Notes: generated from the sequence alone by a model not told the origin. 64,000 nt of DNA from an uncultured Novosphingobium sp. (GCA_964468165.1 CAYXUN010000002.1:29446-93445); one strand, 5' to 3'; positions 9,505-19,080 are shown, counted from the first letter of the stretch. A program made the numbers and translations.

Positions 9505-11243
9505 CGTGCGGCCTCCTGCGCCAGGCGGCCCGGGGCTGGGGCACTGGCCATGGTGGTGCTGTCACTGGCCTGGAGGGTGCGCTGCATCACCGCGTCGCGT
9601 TCGCCAAAATCAACCAGGCGGCCATTCTGCATCACCGCGACATGGCTGATCGGGCCGAGCGTGGCCGGGCGATGGGTGATCATGATGACGATGCCGCCAC
9701 GCTGGCGCATGTCCATCACCGCGCGGTTGAGCGCGGCATCACCCACGGCGTCGAGGTTGGAATTCGCCTCGTCCAGGATCAGCAGGTGGGGATTGCCATA
9801 GAGCGCGCGGGCCAGGCCCACCCGCTGGCGCTGCCCGGCGGAAAGCTCGCTGCCCCCGGCGGAAACCTGGGTGTCATAGCCATCGGGAAGCGCCAGGATC
9901 GCCTCGTGCAGGCTGGCGGCGCGCGCCGCGGCCATCACCCCGTCAGACGTTGCGGCCGGATCGAACCGGGCAATGTTCTGGCCCACCGTGCCATCGATCA
10001 GGTCCACCGTTTGCGGGACATAGCCAAAGGCACTGCCCAGCGCTTCGGCATCCCACTGGTCGGGCGTGGCGCCATCGAGGCGCACCTCGCCACGCTGGGG
10101 TTTCCAGATACCCAGGATACCGCGCACCAGCGAGGTTTTGCCTGCCGCGCTCGGGCCGATCACGGCCAGAGCCTGGCCAGGTTGCAGCGACAGCGACACG
10201 CCCTGGACGGTGAAGCGCTGCGTGCCCGGTGGCGCTACCCACAGATCGCGCAGGGCCAGCTCTCCGCGCGGGCGATCGAGCGTCACCTGGCGTTCGGGCG
10301 GGCGGCGGAACGTGGTGATCGCCTGGACGATGCGGCCCCAGCCACTGCGTGCGGCCACCAGGCCTTTCCAGTTGGCAATGGCGGAATCGACCGGCGCCAG
10401 GGCGCGGCCCGAGAGCACCGAGGATGCCAGGATCACGCCGCCGCTGGCCTTGTCATCGATAACCAGCAGCGCGCCCACGGTCAGGATGATCGATTGCAGC
10501 AGCATGCGGAACGTGCGGCTCGCCCCGCCGAGGCGCGAGACGGTGCGCGCCAGCGCCGATTGCGCGGCAATGAACTGGCTTTCCCAGCCAGAGGTGCGCG
10601 CCACCAGGCGATCCTGCATGCCCATGGCAAAGGCGGATTCGGCAAAGCGGATTTCCGACAGCGTGGCCGCGCTGCGCTGGCCGGTGATCATCGCCAACTC
10701 GCGCGAGGCGGTTTGCGTGCGGCGGTTGGACAGCAGCGCCAGCACCGCCATTACCATGACCCCGGCCAGCGCGGTCAACCCCAGCCACCAGTGCAGCGCG
10801 GCCAGCACCACCAGGAACATCACCACCCAGGGCAGGTCGATCAGCGCAACCGGGCCGGCGCCAGCCAGAAACGTGTGCACCGAATCCAGGTCGCGGGCGA
10901 ACTGCAGGCCATCGCCCTTGTCCGGCCCCGCGCGCAGCGGGCGGGCGACCGTGGCATAGTGGACCGCACCGAACAGATCATCGTGCACGCCGTTGGCCAC
11001 GCCGAGCAGAGCTTCTGCCCGAATTGCCTCGAAAACCGCTTGAAATACGTAGATCAGCACTAGCATCACGAACAGACCCACCAGAGTGGGAATGCTTCGG
11101 CTGGGCAGAACCGAATCGTAAACCAGCATCATGTAGCCCGACCCGGCAAAGACCAGGACGTTCAACAGCAGGCTGGCCACGGCGACCAATCCAAGATTTC
11201 CGCGATATCTGCGCAGGAACAGGCGCAGCATTTGCCGATCCAC
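9501..11243 (-). CDS. Type I secretion ABC permease/ATPase, PrtD family (no C39 domain)
   Basis: YMMLVYDSVLPSRSIPTL, DLPW, GRALAPVD, GPSAAGKT, LSAGQRQR, LILDEANSNLD; start GTG 11243 or ATG 11231. Confidence 0.92.
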   Translation of the reverse strand: MDRQMLRLFLRRYRGNLGLVAVASLLLNVLVFAGSGYMMLVYDSVLPSRSIPTLVGLFVMLVLIYVFQAVFEAIRAEALLGVANGVHDDLFGAVHYATVARPLRAGPDKGDGLQFARDLDSVHTFLAGAGPVALIDLPWVVMFLVVLAALHWWLGLTALAGVMVMAVLALLSNRRTQTASRELAMITGQRSAATLSEIRFAESAFAMGMQDRLVARTSGWESQFIAAQSALARTVSRLGGASRTFRMLLQSIILTVGALLVIDDKASGGVILASSVLSGRALAPVDSAIANWKGLVAARSGWGRIVQAITTFRRPPERQVTLDRPRGELALRDLWVAPPGTQRFTVQGVSLSLQPGQALAVIGPSAAGKTSLVRGILGIWKPQRGEVRLDGATPDQWDAEALGSAFGYVPQTVDLIDGTVGQNIARFDPAATSDGVMAAARAASLHEAILALPDGYDTQVSAGGSELSAGQRQRVGLARALYGNPHLLILDEANSNLDAVGDAALNRAVMDMRQRGGIVIMITHRPATLGPISHVAVMQNGRLVDFGERDAVMQRTLQASDSTTMASAPAPGRLAQEAAR

Positions 11244-11365
11244 GTTGAAACACCCCCACAAGGCCCTTGTTGCCTTGTGGGTATAGCAGCGTGGCATCAG
11301 GCCATTTCGGCAGATGCTTCCGGCTCGGAACTATAGCGCGGCGATCAGGCCCATCGCGCGGCGTT

Positions 11366-12349
11366 TCAGGTGGCTTCGGCCGGCGTGCAGGCACGCGCGC
11401 CGACGATCAGCATCTCGCACCAGACCCCGCGCGGATCGAACATGAGATCCACCGCTTCGAGCCCCGGCTGCACGCGCAGCAGGTGCGATCCCGTACCCTG
11501 GTGGACCGGTGGGCTGACCAGCGGCCCACCCGATTCCTTCCACAGCAGGTAGAGCCGGTCCGCATCGGGTGCCAGGAACCAGCGCAGATCGACCCAGCCG
11601 GCGGGATCGGACAGTGCGCCGTGCTTGATCGCATTGGTGCACAGCTCGTGCACCGCCATGATCAGCGGAATGCAGCTTGGCTCGGGCACCGTGCATGGGG
11701 TGCCGCTCAGGCGGATGCGCGAGCCTTGGCCAAAGGGGCCGATGGTGCGCTCGATCAGTTCGGGAAGCTGCCCTTCGGCTTCGGTGCCGATGCGCAGCAG
11801 GTCGCTGGCCTTGGCCAGGCTGTCCAGGCGGTGGGAAAACTCGCGGAAGAAATCGAGCGGGTTTTCGGCACGTGGCCCACGCGCCGACAGCGCCTGGATG
11901 ATCGACAGCAAGTTGCGGCAGCGGTGGCGCAATTCGCGGTTGAAGGTGTCCTGCTGGCGGGTGAGGGCATCAAGCTCGCGCACGGTGGTGCGCGCCACGA
12001 TCGCCATGCCCATGACCAGGACCACGCAGGCGGCGCCCAGCAGCAGCGAAACGAGCGGGCGACCGTGCCAGGCGATGCCCATGATCGATCCGGCAAACAG
12101 CCACTGCGCCACGGCAAATGAGCCGAGCACGCCCAGAATGGCAAAGCCCTGTTCCAGGAGCAGCGCGGCGATCAGCACCGTGGGCCAGAATGCGAGGAAC
12201 GGCATCACGGCAGGTTGCGGCTCTATCACCAGGCGCAGGAGCGACGGCACGAACATCAGGAGCGCGCACAGGATCGCCTGCTGCAACGCGCTGCGCTGCC
12301 GGATCAGCGCGGCGCGCATCATGCCGGAAACCCCGGTCAGAACCTTCAT
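11366..12349 (-). CDS. HWE-family sensor histidine kinase with N-terminal TM region
   Basis: ELRHRCRNLLSIIQ H-box, HELCTNAIKHGALS N-box, WKESGGP motif. Confidence 0.88.
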   Translation of the reverse strand: MKVLTGVSGMMRAALIRQRSALQQAILCALLMFVPSLLRLVIEPQPAVMPFLAFWPTVLIAALLLEQGFAILGVLGSFAVAQWLFAGSIMGIAWHGRPLVSLLLGAACVVLVMGMAIVARTTVRELDALTRQQDTFNRELRHRCRNLLSIIQALSARGPRAENPLDFFREFSHRLDSLAKASDLLRIGTEAEGQLPELIERTIGPFGQGSRIRLSGTPCTVPEPSCIPLIMAVHELCTNAIKHGALSDPAGWVDLRWFLAPDADRLYLLWKESGGPLVSPPVHQGTGSHLLRVQPGLEAVDLMFDPRGVWCEMLIVGARACTPAEAT

Positions 12350-12477
12350 CTGCGCCCCTTTGACCCTGGCCGCGACGGGCGAATCCCTGTGGCGGGTCTT
12401 TGTAAAACAGTGTTAACGCCATCGCCTGCGAACCGCAGCCCCTTTTCCCAACGTGCGTGGGCAATTGCCTCAAATAC

Positions 12478-12852
12478 CTACGGCTGGCGGGGGGCGGACA
12501 GCCTTAATGCCGCCTCGATCTCCAGCAGGCTGGCAAGCAAGGCGCGCTCTTCCGGGCCGAGTGCCTGGCTGCGTTGCAGGGTGGTGCGGCACAGCGCCAG
12601 CAGGCTGGCGGGATGGCGCGCGAGCGTGGCGCGGAATGCGTGGAGCGAGGGCGGCGTGGTTGGCTGGTCTGCCGGCGGCCCGGCCGGAACGATCAAGGCG
12701 TTTTCGGGGGCGGGGGCGGCGCGCAGGCGCCACAGCACGGCAACCGCCCGTTCGACCATCGCACGCACCAGGTCTCCTGCCGCCTCTCCCGATGCGCGGG
12801 CTTTGAGTTTCTGGCGATAGCGGCGTTGCCGTTCGGCATTGGTCAGGGCCAT
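12478..12852 (-). CDS. Hypothetical protein with basic N-terminal helix
   Basis: MALTNAERQRRYRQKLKARA start, typical of small sphingomonad hypotheticals. Confidence 0.6.
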   Translation of the reverse strand: MALTNAERQRRYRQKLKARASGEAAGDLVRAMVERAVAVLWRLRAAPAPENALIVPAGPPADQPTTPPSLHAFRATLARHPASLLALCRTTLQRSQALGPEERALLASLLEIEAALRLSAPRQP

Positions 12853-13058
12853 GGACCTGCCTAGACGGGGTTTGGCACGGCTTGAAAAGCCCGGTCAGCC
12901 CCTTGCGTAACCATCCCTATCGATGGCTCCTGCGCCGATTATCGCGCACTTTTGTCGCTTTTGACATGCGTCAAGGAGGCGGCGCGCGGCTGGGCTATCC
13001 TGCACAGGTGGCCCGATCCGTCACCGGACCAGAGCGGATGGGCATGGAGGATGCAGCG

Positions 13059-13466
13059 ATGACCAACCCTGAAAGTATGGCACTGCGGCGCGGGATCGCC
13101 GGCACGCTGCTGTTCGATGGAGAACTCGCCAGCCGCGGTTTCGAACTCAACGCCATGTGCTTTTCATTCAACGACACGGCCAATCGCGCCGCATTCCTGG
13201 CCGATGAAGATGCCTATTGCCGGCAGTATAGCCTCACGCCCGAACAGCGCGATGCGGTGGCGCGGCGCGATGTGCTGGCGATGATCGAGGCAGGTGGCAA
13301 TGTCTATTACCTGGCCAAGCTGGCAGGCATTTTCGGCCTGAACGTGCAAGATCTGGGCGCCTTGCAGACCGGCATGAGCGTGGCCGAATTCAAGCAGTAC
13401 CTGCTCGACCAGGGCGAGGCGGCGGGCTGTGCCCCGGCCAGCCATGACGTGGGAGTGGCGGCATGA
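13059..13466 (+). CDS. ligA: Protocatechuate 4,5-dioxygenase alpha subunit
   Basis: GFELNAMCFSFN..NRAAFLADEDAYC..YSLTPEQ..GGNVYYLAKL; GGAGG RBS. Confidence 0.88.
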   Translation: MTNPESMALRRGIAGTLLFDGELASRGFELNAMCFSFNDTANRAAFLADEDAYCRQYSLTPEQRDAVARRDVLAMIEAGGNVYYLAKLAGIFGLNVQDLGALQTGMSVAEFKQYLLDQGEAAGCAPASHDVGVAA

Positions 13467-14308
13467 GCGCGCAGATCATCGGTGGCTATTTCAGCAGCCA
13501 CGTTCCCGGCATCGGCGGCGCGATTGCGCGTGGTGCCCAGGCAGAGCCCTATTGGAAGCCGTTCTTCGATGGCTATCCGCCGGTGCGCACCTGGCTCGCG
13601 CAGGCGCGGCCCGATGTCGCCATCGTGTTCTACAACGATCACGGGCTCAATTTCTTCCTCGATGCGATGCCCACCTTTGCAGTGGGCGCAGCGGCAGCCT
13701 ATCCCAACGAGGATGAAGGCTGGGGACTGCCGGTTTACAAGACATTCCAGGGCGATCCCGGGCTTTCCTGGCACATCATCGAGGAACTGGTCGGCAGCGG
13801 GTTCGACATCACGATGTGCCAGAAGATGAAGGTCGACCACGCCCTGTCGATCCCGTTCGAGCTGGCCTATCCCGATGTTTCGGCCTGGCCGGTGAAGATC
13901 GTGCCGATTGCGATCAACACCGTGCAATATCCGCTGCCGTCTCCTCAGCGCTGCTATGATCTGGGCCGTGCCGTGCACCGCGCGCTGCAATCCTGGCAGG
14001 ATGATACCCGCGTGGTGGTGATCGGCTCGGGCGGCCTGTCGCACCAACTGGATGGCGCGCGCGCCGGGTTCATCAATGCCGACTATGACCGCTTCTGCCT
14101 CGATCACCTGGCCAACGATCCCGAGGCGCTACTGCGCCATTCGACCGAAGAGGTGGCCGCGATCGCCGGCACGCAAGGGGTGGAGATCGTCAACTGGATC
14201 GCCGCGCGTGGCGCGCTGGGCCAGGGGCCCCATGCCGAAGTGACGCGGAACTATCACATCCCGATCAGCAATACGGCCGCAGCAACGCTGGTGTTGACCC
14301 CGGCCTGA
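13463..14308 (+). CDS. ligB: Class III extradiol dioxygenase beta subunit (LigB-like)
   Basis: SSHVP, YNDH, VDHA, SGGLSHQLDG, GVE iron/catalytic residues; ATGA-coupled to ligA. Confidence 0.9.
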   Translation: MSAQIIGGYFSSHVPGIGGAIARGAQAEPYWKPFFDGYPPVRTWLAQARPDVAIVFYNDHGLNFFLDAMPTFAVGAAAAYPNEDEGWGLPVYKTFQGDPGLSWHIIEELVGSGFDITMCQKMKVDHALSIPFELAYPDVSAWPVKIVPIAINTVQYPLPSPQRCYDLGRAVHRALQSWQDDTRVVVIGSGGLSHQLDGARAGFINADYDRFCLDHLANDPEALLRHSTEEVAAIAGTQGVEIVNWIAARGALGQGPHAEVTRNYHIPISNTAAATLVLTPA

Positions 14309-14352
14309 CAGCTTGGCAGGTTTGGCCCGTGCCCGTGGCGTACGGGCCGATA

Positions 14353-14390
14353 GGCCGGCGCGTCTTCCTGGGGGGGAGGGCGCGCCGGTT
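14353..14390. terminator. GC-rich hairpin between convergent ligB and response regulator
   Basis: CCGGCGCGTCTTCC..GGAGGGCGCGCCGG inverted repeat. Confidence 0.55.
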
Positions 14391-14419
14391 CGCGTTGGCA
14401 GCCTTGGCAGGTAGGTAGC

Positions 14420-15046
14420 TCAGTCGGCCATGTCGTTGACGGCCATCAGGGCCAGCTCGGTGCGGTTGTCGATGCCCAGCTTCTGGTACATGGCGTGAAG
14501 ATAAACCTTCACGGTGCCTTCGCCGATATTCAATTCTGCGCCGATATCGCGATTGCGCATGCCGCGCGCCACCAGGCGGGCGATGCGCCGCTCGCGCGGG
14601 TTCAGGCGATCGAGCGGCCCCGCGCCCTCGGGATGCAGCGACAGGTCCAGCGCGCGCTGCAGAAGGTCTGCCGAAATGGCCCGTTCGCCTTCCTCCACCT
14701 TGGCCAGCACATCGATCAGTTCGTCGCCGGCGCCATCCTTGGAGACGATGCCCTCGACACCCGCGCGCATCACCGCCAGCAGATTGCGATCGGTAAGCTC
14801 GGCGGTCAGCAGCACGACCCGCCGCCGATCGCCCCGCGCCCGCAGCGTTTCAAGCACCTGGACCCCGTTCATGCCGGGCATGTTGATATCCAGCACGACG
14901 ATTTCGGGATCGTGGGTGGCGATCGCGTCCAGCGTTTCCTCGCCGCTGGCTGTGGCCGCGACGACTTTGAAGCGGCTGTCGCGCAGCACGGCGGCAACGC
15001 CGGCGCGGATGAAGCCGTGGTCGTCAGCAACAAGGATCGTGGTCAT
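14420..15046 (-). CDS. NarL/FixJ-family response regulator
   Basis: ILVADDH, VLDINMPGMNG, LuxR HTH (LNPRE..GMRNRDIG..TVKVYL..KLG). Confidence 0.93.
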   Translation of the reverse strand: MTTILVADDHGFIRAGVAAVLRDSRFKVVAATASGEETLDAIATHDPEIVVLDINMPGMNGVQVLETLRARGDRRRVVLLTAELTDRNLLAVMRAGVEGIVSKDGAGDELIDVLAKVEEGERAISADLLQRALDLSLHPEGAGPLDRLNPRERRIARLVARGMRNRDIGAELNIGEGTVKVYLHAMYQKLGIDNRTELALMAVNDMAD

Positions 15047-15059
15047 GCCTTCAGGCCTG

Positions 15060-16706
15060 TCATGCATTGATGCGGGTGGGCACTTCGATATCGAGGCGGG
15101 CGCCCGGGCGCAGATGGTTGTTGGAATGGTCGGCGATGCGCACGCGGCCACCCAGGGCCGCCACGCGCTCGGTGATCGAGCGCGGCTGGCACAACTGGCC
15201 CGCCCCTGGAAAGCCCACGCCGTCGTCTGCGATCGTCACGGTCAGGGTGGACCCATCATGGTCGAGCGAAATCATCACTTCGCTGCACTGGCCATGTCGG
15301 GCGGCATTGGCAACTGCCTCGCGCACCATTTGTCGCAATTCATAGGCAAGATGGATCGGCACGAGCAGCGGGCCGGTCTGCCCGCCAAAGCGGATCTGGA
15401 TGCGCCAGTGGGCCGACATTTCCTCGACCAGGCTGCGCAATTCCTCGGTCACGTCGGCGGCGCGATCACCGTCCTCGCCGCGGCGCAAGCGGTCGATCAT
15501 CACGCGCAGTTGCGCCTGTTCGCGGCGCAGCGCGTCCTTCATCGCCACGATTTCGCCCTCGGGGTCCTTGCCGTCGCGCAGGCGGCGGCGCAGCGCCTCG
15601 AGCCGGAACATCGTGCCGGCCAGGAATTGGACCACGCTGTCGTGCAGGTCGCGCGCCAGGGCATTGCGCACTTCGGCCACGGCCGAGCTCTTGGCCAGGG
15701 TGGCCATTTCCTCGCGGTCGAGCGCAAGGCCGATCTCGCGGACTAGCGCGCTCATCCATGGCAGATCATCCACCGCCATGGCGGGAATGCCCCAGACCAG
15801 CAGCTGTCCCTGGCTGGAAACGGAACTGAACGTGGCAAGAATGCCTTCGTTGATGCCGCAGATCTCGGCCAGTGGAATGGCGGAGGTGCTGCGCTCGATC
15901 AGCAGCTGGTGTTCCGCCGGCAGGCCGATGCGGCGCGCGCGCTGGCGGTCGAACAGGGTGGGCGGGGCAGGCGTGGCCAGGGCCGTGGAGAGGGCGCCCG
16001 GGCCCTGGCGCTCGCTCGTGATGCGGCCATCGTCCTCGATCAGCAGATCGATCCAGGGCTCGTCACCCCAGGCCACCGCAAGGGCCGCGCCGCGCGCGCC
16101 CATGGTAACACAGGCCTGGCGCAAGGCGCCGGCCAATACGCGGTTGCGGCGCGCGCCGGGCGGGCCGGCTGGTTCGGGCAGGGCCACCACGCGCCGCCCG
16201 CGCTGGCGGCTGGCCAGCCACAGCATCAACATCGACACCACGACCATGCAGATCAGCCCGCGTACGAAGCGCAGCGGATCAGGGGCGGCCCCGCCAAGCG
16301 TCAGCATCCCGGCCGGCACGATCGCGGCAAAGAACAGGCCCATGCCGGTCGTCGCCACGCCGATCGTGCCCCAGCGCACCAGGGCAACCAGCAGCAGAAA
16401 CGTGCCGAACACCAGAAACGGCCCGGTGAGCACGCCTTGCGGGCGCTCGGTGAAATAGATCGCGCCGGCAAACGCCACGAAATCGATTACCTGCGCTGCC
16501 GGCGCCAGGCGGCAATCGTACCACCAATCCGTCCAGGCCGCGCAGGCAAGGACGATGACCCACAAGACATAGCCACCCGCCAGTATCGGGGTGATGCCGG
16601 GATTGCGCAGCGTCAATTCGGGAGAGAACACGATGCCCGCCATGAACATCGCGGCCATCGTCAGCCGGCACAACGCCAATACCTTGCCGCTGCGCCGCGC
16701 ATACAT
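15060..16706 (-). CDS. Membrane sensor histidine kinase, HisKA_3 type
   Basis: 5-6 TM, LARDLHDSVVQ H-box, REAVANAARHG, DDGVGF; GGAG RBS before ATG 16706. Confidence 0.9.
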   Translation of the reverse strand: MYARRSGKVLALCRLTMAAMFMAGIVFSPELTLRNPGITPILAGGYVLWVIVLACAAWTDWWYDCRLAPAAQVIDFVAFAGAIYFTERPQGVLTGPFLVFGTFLLLVALVRWGTIGVATTGMGLFFAAIVPAGMLTLGGAAPDPLRFVRGLICMVVVSMLMLWLASRQRGRRVVALPEPAGPPGARRNRVLAGALRQACVTMGARGAALAVAWGDEPWIDLLIEDDGRITSERQGPGALSTALATPAPPTLFDRQRARRIGLPAEHQLLIERSTSAIPLAEICGINEGILATFSSVSSQGQLLVWGIPAMAVDDLPWMSALVREIGLALDREEMATLAKSSAVAEVRNALARDLHDSVVQFLAGTMFRLEALRRRLRDGKDPEGEIVAMKDALRREQAQLRVMIDRLRRGEDGDRAADVTEELRSLVEEMSAHWRIQIRFGGQTGPLLVPIHLAYELRQMVREAVANAARHGQCSEVMISLDHDGSTLTVTIADDGVGFPGAGQLCQPRSITERVAALGGRVRIADHSNNHLRPGARLDIEVPTRINA

Positions 16707-16959
16707 GTGACGGATCTCCAACCCTGCGGCCTCCCTATGGGAAAAGATATGTGGCGCCCTTTGCGGATATGCAATCGGATTGCGCTCCCGGCGGGTGGGC
16801 TTTTACGTTAACCATTGTTAGAGGGGGCTATGCCATCGACCATGCTTGCCGGTTCATGAATACCGCCTTGGGGCACCGACCTGGCCCGGCGCTGATTCGC
16901 ATCCTGTGGGTTGCGGGCTGGCATGCGTGTGGCGCTGCGGATAGGATGGAAGGCAAGTC

Positions 16960-17508
16960 ATGACCGGATCGCCTTCCTCTTCCTCCCCGCTCGAAGCACT
17001 GACGGCCAAGCAGCGCGAGGTGCTGGACCTTCTGATCCAGCACAAGACGTCGAAGGAGATATCCCGGATACTGGGTATCTCCCCCTATACGGTCGATCAG
17101 CGCATCCTGCTGGCGCGGGGCAAGCTGGGCGTCACCTCGCGCGGCGAAGTGGCTCAGGCATATAGGCTTTTGCTGGAAGAAACCGGGTCTGCCGGGGTAT
17201 CCGTAAAACCCGTATATGGTTCGTCGGATGTCGCCAATGTCATTATTCCGCCGCACAAGGACAGCGAAGGACAAGACGAGCCCGAAGCCCCGGTAGACGA
17301 AGGTGGCGATGATGGGGATCATCCCACCACGCAAGCGCCTGCCACCATGGACCAAGGGTATCATCGTGTCCTTCCGGAGATGTTCGACGGACCTTACGGG
17401 ACGATGATGCGACTGGGGGCAACGGCCCTTATCGCGATGGTCCTGATCCTCACCGTCCTGGGTGGGCTGACGATGTTCTCGCAGTTGTCCAGGATCGTGG
17501 ATCGTTAA
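16960..17508 (+). CDS. LuxR-type HTH regulator with C-terminal transmembrane helix
   Basis: LTAKQREVL..KTSKEISRILGISPYTVDQ..KLGV; acidic linker; TM LGATALIAMVLILTVLGGLTMF. Confidence 0.82.
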   Translation: MTGSPSSSSPLEALTAKQREVLDLLIQHKTSKEISRILGISPYTVDQRILLARGKLGVTSRGEVAQAYRLLLEETGSAGVSVKPVYGSSDVANVIIPPHKDSEGQDEPEAPVDEGGDDGDHPTTQAPATMDQGYHRVLPEMFDGPYGTMMRLGATALIAMVLILTVLGGLTMFSQLSRIVDR

Positions 17509-17574
17509 CCTGTCGGATTTCCTCCGCTTCAACATGGGGACGGCACCGGTGGTGTCGTGTGGAGGCAGACGACG

Positions 17575-17973
17575 ATGACCAATACCAAGCACAACAATAC
17601 GGTTCGCGCTGCGGTGGCTGGCGCGATGACGCCGGCGGTGGCGCAGCTGCGCGTGACCCGCGATCTGCACGAAGCGGAAGCAGCGCTGGACGAGGCGCTG
17701 ATCCGCCAGGCCAACCTGCTTTCGTCGATGGTGTCAGCGCGGCGTGAGGCGGGGCTGCCGCCGTTCCTGGGGCAGGATGCGCTGATGCGCCTGCTCAAGA
17801 GCCAGCAGGCGACGATCGACGCGGGCGGCGAATTGGCGCGCGTGCATGGCCGGCTCAGCGCCATTGCCGTCGAAACCATGGGTGGCAATGACGAATGCCC
17901 CAAGACCGCGACGTTGGTCAATCCGGCTGATGCGTCCGGCGGCGTGATGGCGCCCCTGGCGCACGCAGCCTGA
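17575..17973 (+). CDS. Conserved helical hypothetical protein
   Basis: GGAGG RBS; amphipathic helices (RDLHEAEAALDEALIRQANLLSSMVSAR..GQDALMRL). Confidence 0.75.
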   Translation: MTNTKHNNTVRAAVAGAMTPAVAQLRVTRDLHEAEAALDEALIRQANLLSSMVSARREAGLPPFLGQDALMRLLKSQQATIDAGGELARVHGRLSAIAVETMGGNDECPKTATLVNPADASGGVMAPLAHAA

Positions 17974-18011
17974 GCTTGTCTCCGGCATGGGTATGGAGGA
18001 TGTGACGGCCG

Positions 18012-18458
18012 ATGCTCTCGCTCTGGCTCCCCCGCATTCTCCTGGCCTGCGCCGTTCTGTTCGCCGCCCGCAAGGGCGGCGAACCTGAACAGTCGGTGGC
18101 AGCGATCCTGGTCGCGACATTCGCGCTCGACGTTGCCAACCACGCTATCTTCGGAGATCCCGCATGGTTTGCGGTCAATCCCGGTCACCTGGTGATCGAT
18201 CTTTGGGCGTTCATCGTCCTGCTGTGGGTGGCCATGCGCGCCAACCGCGCCTGGCCATTGGCCGTCAGCGCGGCGCAGGCGCTAGTGGTGCTGGGCCACG
18301 TCGCCAAGCTGTGGGAACTGGCCATGGTGCGCAAGGCGTACTGGGTGATGACGCAGGTTCCCTTTTCGTTGCAGCTGCTGCTGCTGATGTTCGGAACGGC
18401 CGCGCACATGCACCGGGCGCGCCGGCTGGGCGACTATCACGGCTGGCGGCTGACCTGA
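18012..18458 (+). CDS. Hypothetical integral membrane protein (4-5 TM)
   Basis: GGAGG RBS; KGGEPE, ID, ANRAWPL, LGH motifs between hydrophobic segments. Confidence 0.75.
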   Translation: MLSLWLPRILLACAVLFAARKGGEPEQSVAAILVATFALDVANHAIFGDPAWFAVNPGHLVIDLWAFIVLLWVAMRANRAWPLAVSAAQALVVLGHVAKLWELAMVRKAYWVMTQVPFSLQLLLLMFGTAAHMHRARRLGDYHGWRLT

Positions 18459-18510
18459 TCGCCGCCGCTGGTTCGGCTGGCGCTGTTTCGACACAATCGG
18501 GGAGGGCGGC

Positions 18511-19047
18511 ATGACAGTGCGATCGATGCGTGCTGCCGCGCGCCGCAGTGATGGAGGGCAGGGCATGACCTTTCGAAACGAACATATGGTCGCTGCAGCA
18601 CCCACTGCGGGTGCGCCACGCCCGGCCGTCCCGGCACCCGCGCTGGCGATGGCCCGCGAAGTCTATGCGGCGCGGCGCCGGCGCGAACGTTTCCTGGCGG
18701 CAGACCTGTTTGGCGAGCCGACCTGGGATATCCTGCTCGACCTGTTCATCGCCGCGGCAGAGGCGCGCCGCGTGCCGACGACCAGCGCCTGCATCGGTGC
18801 CAATGTTCCGCCGACCACGGCGCTGCGCTGGCTGCGCATCCTGGAAGCGCGCGGCCTGGTGGAGCGCGAGGACGATGGCCGCGATGGCCGGCGCACGTTC
18901 GTGTGCCTGACCACGCGCGGCCTGGCGGCGATGACCGATCTCATGCTCAACTGGCAGACAGCGATGGGTACCGTCGTGCAGTCCACGCTCGCAACCAAAC
19001 AGCCACGCCCGGCGGCGGCCTTTTCCTTCGAAATGACCGCTGATTGA
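18511..19047 (+). CDS. MarR-like winged-helix DNA-binding protein
   Basis: RRRRERFL..DLFGEPTWDILLDLF..VPPTTALRWL..GLVERE.D.RDGRR.FV.LT; alternative start 18565. Confidence 0.82.
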   Translation: MTVRSMRAAARRSDGGQGMTFRNEHMVAAAPTAGAPRPAVPAPALAMAREVYAARRRRERFLAADLFGEPTWDILLDLFIAAAEARRVPTTSACIGANVPPTTALRWLRILEARGLVEREDDGRDGRRTFVCLTTRGLAAMTDLMLNWQTAMGTVVQSTLATKQPRPAAAFSFEMTAD

Positions 19048-19080
19048 GTGACCGCTGACGAAGGGGCTGGCAGGCCTATC

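Noticed and set aside
12873..12890. TGGCACG as a sigma54 promoter for ligAB
   Set aside because: No GC at the -12 position with correct spacing
12882..13058. N-terminal extensions of ligA (likewise rpsL, rplC, rplE, rpsN, rplO, NUDIX) in the ORF track
   Set aside because: Longest-ORF artefacts; RBS-supported downstream starts match the known N-termini
19034..19058. 10-bp direct repeat TGACCGCTGA at the end of the wHTH gene
   Set aside because: Only two copies, no associated element; too short to interpret
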